Positions 33,380 through 38,833 of a DNA stretch of 38,833 nt are shown in pieces. This DNA comes from Octopus bimaculoides (taxonomy: Eukaryota), in the NCBI RefSeq assembly GCF_001194135.2, contig NC_068987.1, forward strand, positions 47,734,527 through 47,773,359, read 5' to 3'. Within the stretch, counting starts at the first letter, position 1, and every line of letters begins with the position of its first letter. The notes beneath the pieces are model-generated. The model did not search any database and was not told the origin of the DNA. It was given only the letters and a program-made list of their open reading frames with translations. The translations under genes were made by a program, and so were the position numbers.

Positions 33380-34275
33380 AAAGCAATTAATGGTATGAAG
33401 CCAGGAAAAGCTCCCAGCCCATCAGGAATCACTGCTGAGATGCTTAAAACATCTGGTGGTGTGGGTTATGGCCTAGTCACCTGCATTGTAAACCAGGTAG
33501 TTCATGATGGAGTCATACCCAATGTCTGCTGCTACAAGGGTAAAGGTGATGCACTAGATAGAAATAACTACAGGGGTGAAACATCGGATGTGGTGTGCAA
33601 GAGAGACGTTTGTGCTGTTATGGTCGTGTACTACAGATGGATGAGGAGAGATGTGTGAAGAAGTGCCACTCCCAAACAGTTGAAGGAATCCGGGGTAGAG
33701 GTAGACCCAGGAAGACGTGGGATGAGGTGGTCAAGCATGACCTTCGAACATTGGGCCTCACAGAAGCAATGACAAAAGACCGATACCTCTGGAGATATGC
33801 TGTGACTGCGAAGACCCGGCAAATAAAGTGAGTTCATGGCTGTATCCTACACCAGTTTCGCATAACCAGCCCCAGCCCATTCAAAAGTACCTTGGATAGT
33901 AGGGCAACCTGCTGTGCTTGAGGAGACCTATTGAGTCAAGTACATTAACATCAAAATGAAAATCAAATGAAAATTGTAGTTGTGCTACCCATGCCGGTGG
34001 CACGTAAAAAGCACCATCCGAATGTGGCCGATGCCAGCACCATCTTGACTGGCTTCCATGCCGGTGGCATGTAGAAAGCCTCCTCTGGCCCCTATGCTGG
34101 TGGCACGTAAAAAGCACCCATTACACTCACGGAGTGGTTAGCGTTAGAAAGGGCATACTGCCAGATCAGACTGGAGCCTGGTGCAGCCTCCTGGCTTCCC
34201 AGACCCTGGTCAAACCGTCCAATCCATGCTAGCATGGAAAACAGGCGTTAAATGATGATAGTGATGATGATGATG
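33380..34275 (+). mobile_element. RTE LINE with the RT core deleted (junction ~33577), plus 3' UTR and (GAT)n tail
   Basis: KAINGMKPGKAPSPSGITAEMLK...YKGKGDALDRNNYRG joined to QERRL...GRGRPRKTWDEVVKHDLR...*, then UTR and tail. Confidence 0.9.
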
Positions 34276-34299
34276 AAACTAATTAAACCATAAAATTTA

Positions 34300-35319
34300 G
34301 AAATATTTTACAGGTTTCATTGTTTATGTTCAATTACTTTGAATATTGATTTTTTGTGCGTCCAATTTCTAACTTTTGCAGACAATATCACTTTTATACT
34401 TTATTTGATATGTGAGTAGAACTCATGTCTGGAAACCTCATGACATACTTAGATAGTTGAAAAAATCAATAATAGGACCCCTCCAATGGATCTTTCTATG
34501 TACTACATATTACTAATATTTTATTTAAACAAACTAAGGGAAATAACCCATACCACCAGCAGTTTTTAGCAAAGCAGTCAATATTTGATTCTCACAATCA
34601 CCCGACCTAATTCTGCATTTCACTACTCAGTTTTGAACTGCTAAACATTATTATTGCACTTCCTTGATTTGAATCTTAAACCTTAAAGACTTCATTCATA
34701 CATTTCTCATGGACAGCTCTATGTCGGATGCTCTAAAGTTGGAAATCCGGAAAATTTATTCATCTATGCACCCAATGGCAAAACCAAAAACATTGTGTAT
34801 CACAAAGTCCTGCGAGACTGAAATTTTGGAACAAAGATGCCTCTCCCACCGACAACCTCTCTTGCCAATCTCCGACAATCTCTCTTGCCAATCTCTGATA
34901 ACCTCTTTCACCAACCTCCGTAAACCTCTCTCAACAACCTCCAACAATCTCTCTCACCAACCTCCAACAACCTCTCTTGCCAACTTCCAACAAACTCTCG
35001 CCAACCTCCAAAAACCTTTCTCACCAACCTCCAACAACCTTTCTCACCAACCTCCAACAAACTCTCACCAACCTCCAACAACCTCTCTCTACAACCTCTC
35101 TCGATAACCTCCAACGACCTCTCTTGCCAACCTCCAAAAACCTCTCTCACCAACCCACAGCAATCTCTCCCTCATCCAGCTGACAGTTTTTTGTACTTTT
35201 TCGCAATGGAAAATACTCCTTTTTTGACAGTTCTAACGAAATTGCTTTCTTATATCAGAGTAATAAGGTATTTCAATAGAACATCTTTACCCCTGGGAAT
35301 TACCGGGCACACCAGCTAG
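34300..35319 (+). mobile_element. Helitron 3' segment with RepHel helicase C-terminus and hairpin-CTAG end
   Basis: 34702-34821 encodes SHGQLYVGCSKVGNPENLFIYAPNGKTKNIVYHKVL* (PIF1-type Helitron C-terminus). Imperfect hairpin CCCTGG-GAATTA-CCGGG then CTAG at 35316-35319. Confidence 0.8.
34845..35165. repeat. ~23-bp minisatellite (CAACCTCTCTCACCAACCTCCAA), about 14 degenerate copies
   Basis: Direct reading. It explains the repetitive ORFs at 34709-35183. Confidence 0.85.
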
Positions 35320-35399
35320 CATATACATATAGCTGTGCCTATAGCAGGTACCTATAGCTCTCTGTCTGCATATATGTATGTCTCTGTTTACTGATATGT

Positions 35400-35472
<73 letters not shown>
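35400..35472. repeat. (CA)n microsatellite
   Basis: Direct reading. Confidence 0.95.
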
Positions 35473-35474
<2 letters not shown>

Positions 35475-36362
35475 CACGTGTATAGCTGTCTCTAAATGTA
35501 ATACATGTAGCTATGCATATTTCTGCATTTGGCTGTCTAGTAGTATATACACTCATATATATTTTGATTTTATCTGTTAAGCTAAGCTTTTTTAAGTTTG
35601 TTATTATGTGTGATGAAGTACTTCTTCCCAGGTTTTCCTCACTGTATATACCCCTACTACAAAGCTCATACAGAAGCATCTACATAACCACTTCATCTGC
35701 AAGAAATAGCAGCTAAATATCCTTCTATCGTCTTAAAAGAAAAATGTTTTATTATGTAATCTTAAATACATTATATTTACACTTATATATATTATATCTA
35801 GAAGATTGTTGTTTTTTTTGGTATGGAAAGAAATAAACTAAAATACTTTAATTATATATCTGCTTGATTAAAACCGATTCGGTGCTAAATAACACAATTT
35901 ACATAACATTGTTTTTGTTTTTTCAAATAGTTTGTCACCATTTTGTATCACAGATATATCCACAACATTGCACTTATTTGTATATCCGATCTTACATCAG
36001 ATATTTTCAATTATGGAAGGATAGATGTGACATTGTGTGAGTTTGCATGCAGTTATAAAACTGCTTGTCCTCATTACAATATCTGAGTACTGTCAGGATT
36101 CCATATGGAATAGATAGAATCCTCAATTTCTGTTCTTCCACTTCATAATATGTATGTGCATGTGACTTGTTAATAAATGGGCTCATACAATATAGAAGTA
36201 TGCTAGTTATGTATGTGAGTATGTATATATGTATTATGTATGTGCATGTGACTTATTAACAGCAGCATTCATAATTTTTGCATATCTAAGGACTTCTTTA
36301 TATATGCTTGTAATTATATATGTGTGCATGTGTATTCATATGTATGTGTGTATATGTGTTAT

Positions 36363-36600
36363 ATCATCATTTAACGTCTGTTGTCCATGCTGGCATGGGT
36401 TGGATGGTTTGATCAGAGCTAGCAAGCTGGAGAGCTGCACCAGACTCCAGTTTGATTTGGCATGGTTTCTAAACTTTACAGAGAGTGCTGCATGCTTTTA
36501 TGTGGCACTGCACAGGTGCTTTTACGTGGCATGGCACCACACAGGCACCATATGGGCACTTTTATGTGACATTGCATGGGCATTTTTACATGGCAGTGCC
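36363..36600 (-). mobile_element. RTE-type 3' tail fragment
   Basis: ATCATCATTTAACGTCTGTTGTCCATGCTGGCATGGGTTGG plus degenerate GGTGCTTTTACGTGGCA units. Confidence 0.75.
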
Positions 36601-37169
36601 ATGATATTTTAAAATTTTTCATTCATCCATTTCTTTTTATGCCTTAACACCAAATCCTGTCATCAATCTCTTATAGCTTTTCTACTTCTCACTACATCTC
36701 ATAGAGTGGAAATATATACATAAATATACATTTATACATATACACACACATGCATACGAACACACACACATGCATACACACCTGCACACATCTAATCTAG
36801 AACAGTCTAGTGGTGGTCTGCTCTTGAGTACGCCCTATGCATGTAAACCTTCTCCAGCCCACTCAATACGACCGAGGAGGGCCTGTGACTTCCATTGTTG
36901 CTGTTAAGTAGATTACTGGAACTTTGGCTACCAAGGTTTGAACTGGGATGAATACTGGAGTAGTTTCCTGTTGCCTTCTCCAGGCAGGTGGGATTTGAAC
37001 TTAGAACGTAAAGTGCTGGCTGATATACTGTAAAGCATTTCTGCTGAGGTACCAATGTTTCTGCCACTTTCCCACTTACAGAGCAATGTGAAAAGAAGTG
37101 TTTTGCTTAAGAACACCTTGTACTCCCTGGTCCAAGAATTGAACGCACAATCTAGAGATTGTGAGTGCT

Positions 37170-37551
37170 ATACCAGAATCATTTGTGAAATAAAGTGATA
37201 TTGTTTGCAAAAATTAGAAATTGGACATACAAAAAATCAATATTCAAGCTAATCGAACATAAACAATGAAATGAATTTTTTCCCTTGAGTCTTTAAAAAA
37301 AATAATGTGCAGATGCTATGGGTTATTTCCCTTGGGTGTTTAAAAAAAATTAGTTATACGAGATAGATATAAAGATCCCTTCCAGGGGCCGTATTATCAA
37401 TTTTTTTTAACAATCTAAGTATGTCACGAGGTTTCGAGACATGAGTTCTACTCACATGTCAAGTTTCATCAAAATCAATAAAACAATGTAGGAGGAGTTA
37501 GCTAACAACACCACAAACAAACACACACCAATTTTCCACATATGTAGTAGA
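37170..37551 (-). mobile_element. Helitron 5' segment, inverted copy
   Basis: Reverse complement of 32747-32990 plus the module seen at 34315-34400. It also starts A|TC. Confidence 0.65.
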
Positions 37552-37678
37552 TATATATACAACGACTACTTGAAATAGTTGTATGTTAAATTTACTACAA
37601 TAAAGAAATATGCAATAACTATTATTTATGCCTTATCTTATATATGTATGTATATAGATATGTATGCACATTATATAT

Positions 37679-37920
37679 ATCATCATCATCATCGTTTAAC
37701 GTCTGTTTTCCATGCTGGCATGGGTTGGACAGTTCGACTGGGGTCTGGGAAGCCAGGAGGCTGCACCAGGCCCCAATCTGATCTGGCAGTGTTTCTACAG
37801 CTGTATGCCCTTTCTAATGCCAACCACTCCGAGAGTGTAGTGGGTGCTTTTTATGTGCCACCGGCACAGGGGCCAGAGGAGCTGGCATCGACCACGATCG
37901 GATGGTGCTTTTTACGTGCC
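37679..37920 (-). mobile_element. RTE-type 3' tail fragment
   Basis: (CAT)nCGTTTAACGTC...GGTGCTTTTTATGTGCCACCGGCAC, the reverse complement of 34080-34275. Confidence 0.8.
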
Positions 37921-38790
37921 TTCCTTCATATCTAAAAAGTTCATTCTAAATTGAAGTGATACCAGAACTATAGTCATGCTGTATTTTAATACAAAATCTA
38001 CTGATATGTACTCTGAGGTTTTATGATGCTTCATCTAGAATATACTTTAAGAATGACAATCTAACATGTGAATCCTTATCCTCAGTTCACTTCACTCACC
38101 CCCATAGGTAAAACTTTGAACAAAACTGTTTGGGAATGTCTGCCTTCAATAATTATGTGCTGCAACTGAATCAACTAAATACACATAAATGCTATATCAA
38201 AGGACATAAGAGCACTTATCCAGCAGACACACATGTCGGATTGGAATTTAAAGAGAATAGTACTGTAATAAATAAATTTTGAAGATATATAATTCTCCAT
38301 TCTTCTTCATGATGTCTTATACAGACAGACACAGATACATATATATGTTCACACATATGCAGTGTATCTTAAAAGTATGACTGCTACCGTTAGGTTTAGA
38401 ATTCCACATGGATTATCATCGTCCAGTCTACTTCTGATACAGTGGTTAAGCAACTACTATATTTTGTAGTATTACTAGTTACGGCACACAGAGCATCAGT
38501 AGGAGAAAGTAGGCTAGACACTAGTTCATATTATTAGTTCATTTGTACATTTCATCATTGTGGTTGTTTGGAGCTTTGCATTAGATGTTTTAAGCTCAGT
38601 TGCATACTTAACCACAACAGGTTATCAAGGAACAATTTATTGCATTATGTTACAGAGAGCTAATGTCTCTGATGATCCATTGTGGTTAAGCATCCAATTG
38701 CACTTGGAACATATAATACTGGGTTCCAAACAGCCACAGTAGTGAAACCTAAATAGGAACTAATAATATAAACTTGTGTTTATTGTAATT

Positions 38791-38833
<43 letters not shown>

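Noticed and set aside
35600-35700. Minus-strand exon-like segment after TTCTTGCAG
   Set aside because: It reads ...RKTWEEV, another decayed RTE C-terminus.
37930-38780. Unique-looking sequence searched for DHRS12 exon 2
   Set aside because: No phase-2 acceptor followed by an SGY/TGxNSGIG-like frame was found.

Overview
Eukaryotic, AT-rich, repeat-dominated window from a short-read scaffold (five N gaps, long TA/CA/AAT/GAT microsatellites). The SINE and RTE families match those I recall from octopus genomes, so Octopus sp. is an inference. Only one host coding feature is supported: a 56-nt first coding exon (15717-15772, +) encoding MSLYRNGVWFLKGMKEYT(K), close to the DHRS12 N-terminus and missing from the ORF track. 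No later exon is visible in the remaining 23 kb. Everything else is decayed mobile DNA: three Ty3/Gypsy LTR remnants (one nested in a Penelope-like element), several RTE LINE pieces, an R4/Dong-type LINE fragment, two mariner remnants, Helitron pieces (5' TC ends, helicase C-terminus, 3' hairpin-CTAG) and many SINEs. I found no convincing new biological system and no CRISPR, rRNA or true tRNA gene. The best leads are two SINE subtypes stacked between three identical 18-bp sites, a variable hairpin array in the RTE 3' UTR, a CpG-retaining domain around the DHRS12 start, a second promoter-like motif cluster at 28 kb, an (AAT)n-bracketed element and intronic inverted repeats. All alignments and counts were done by eye and TE boundaries are approximate.
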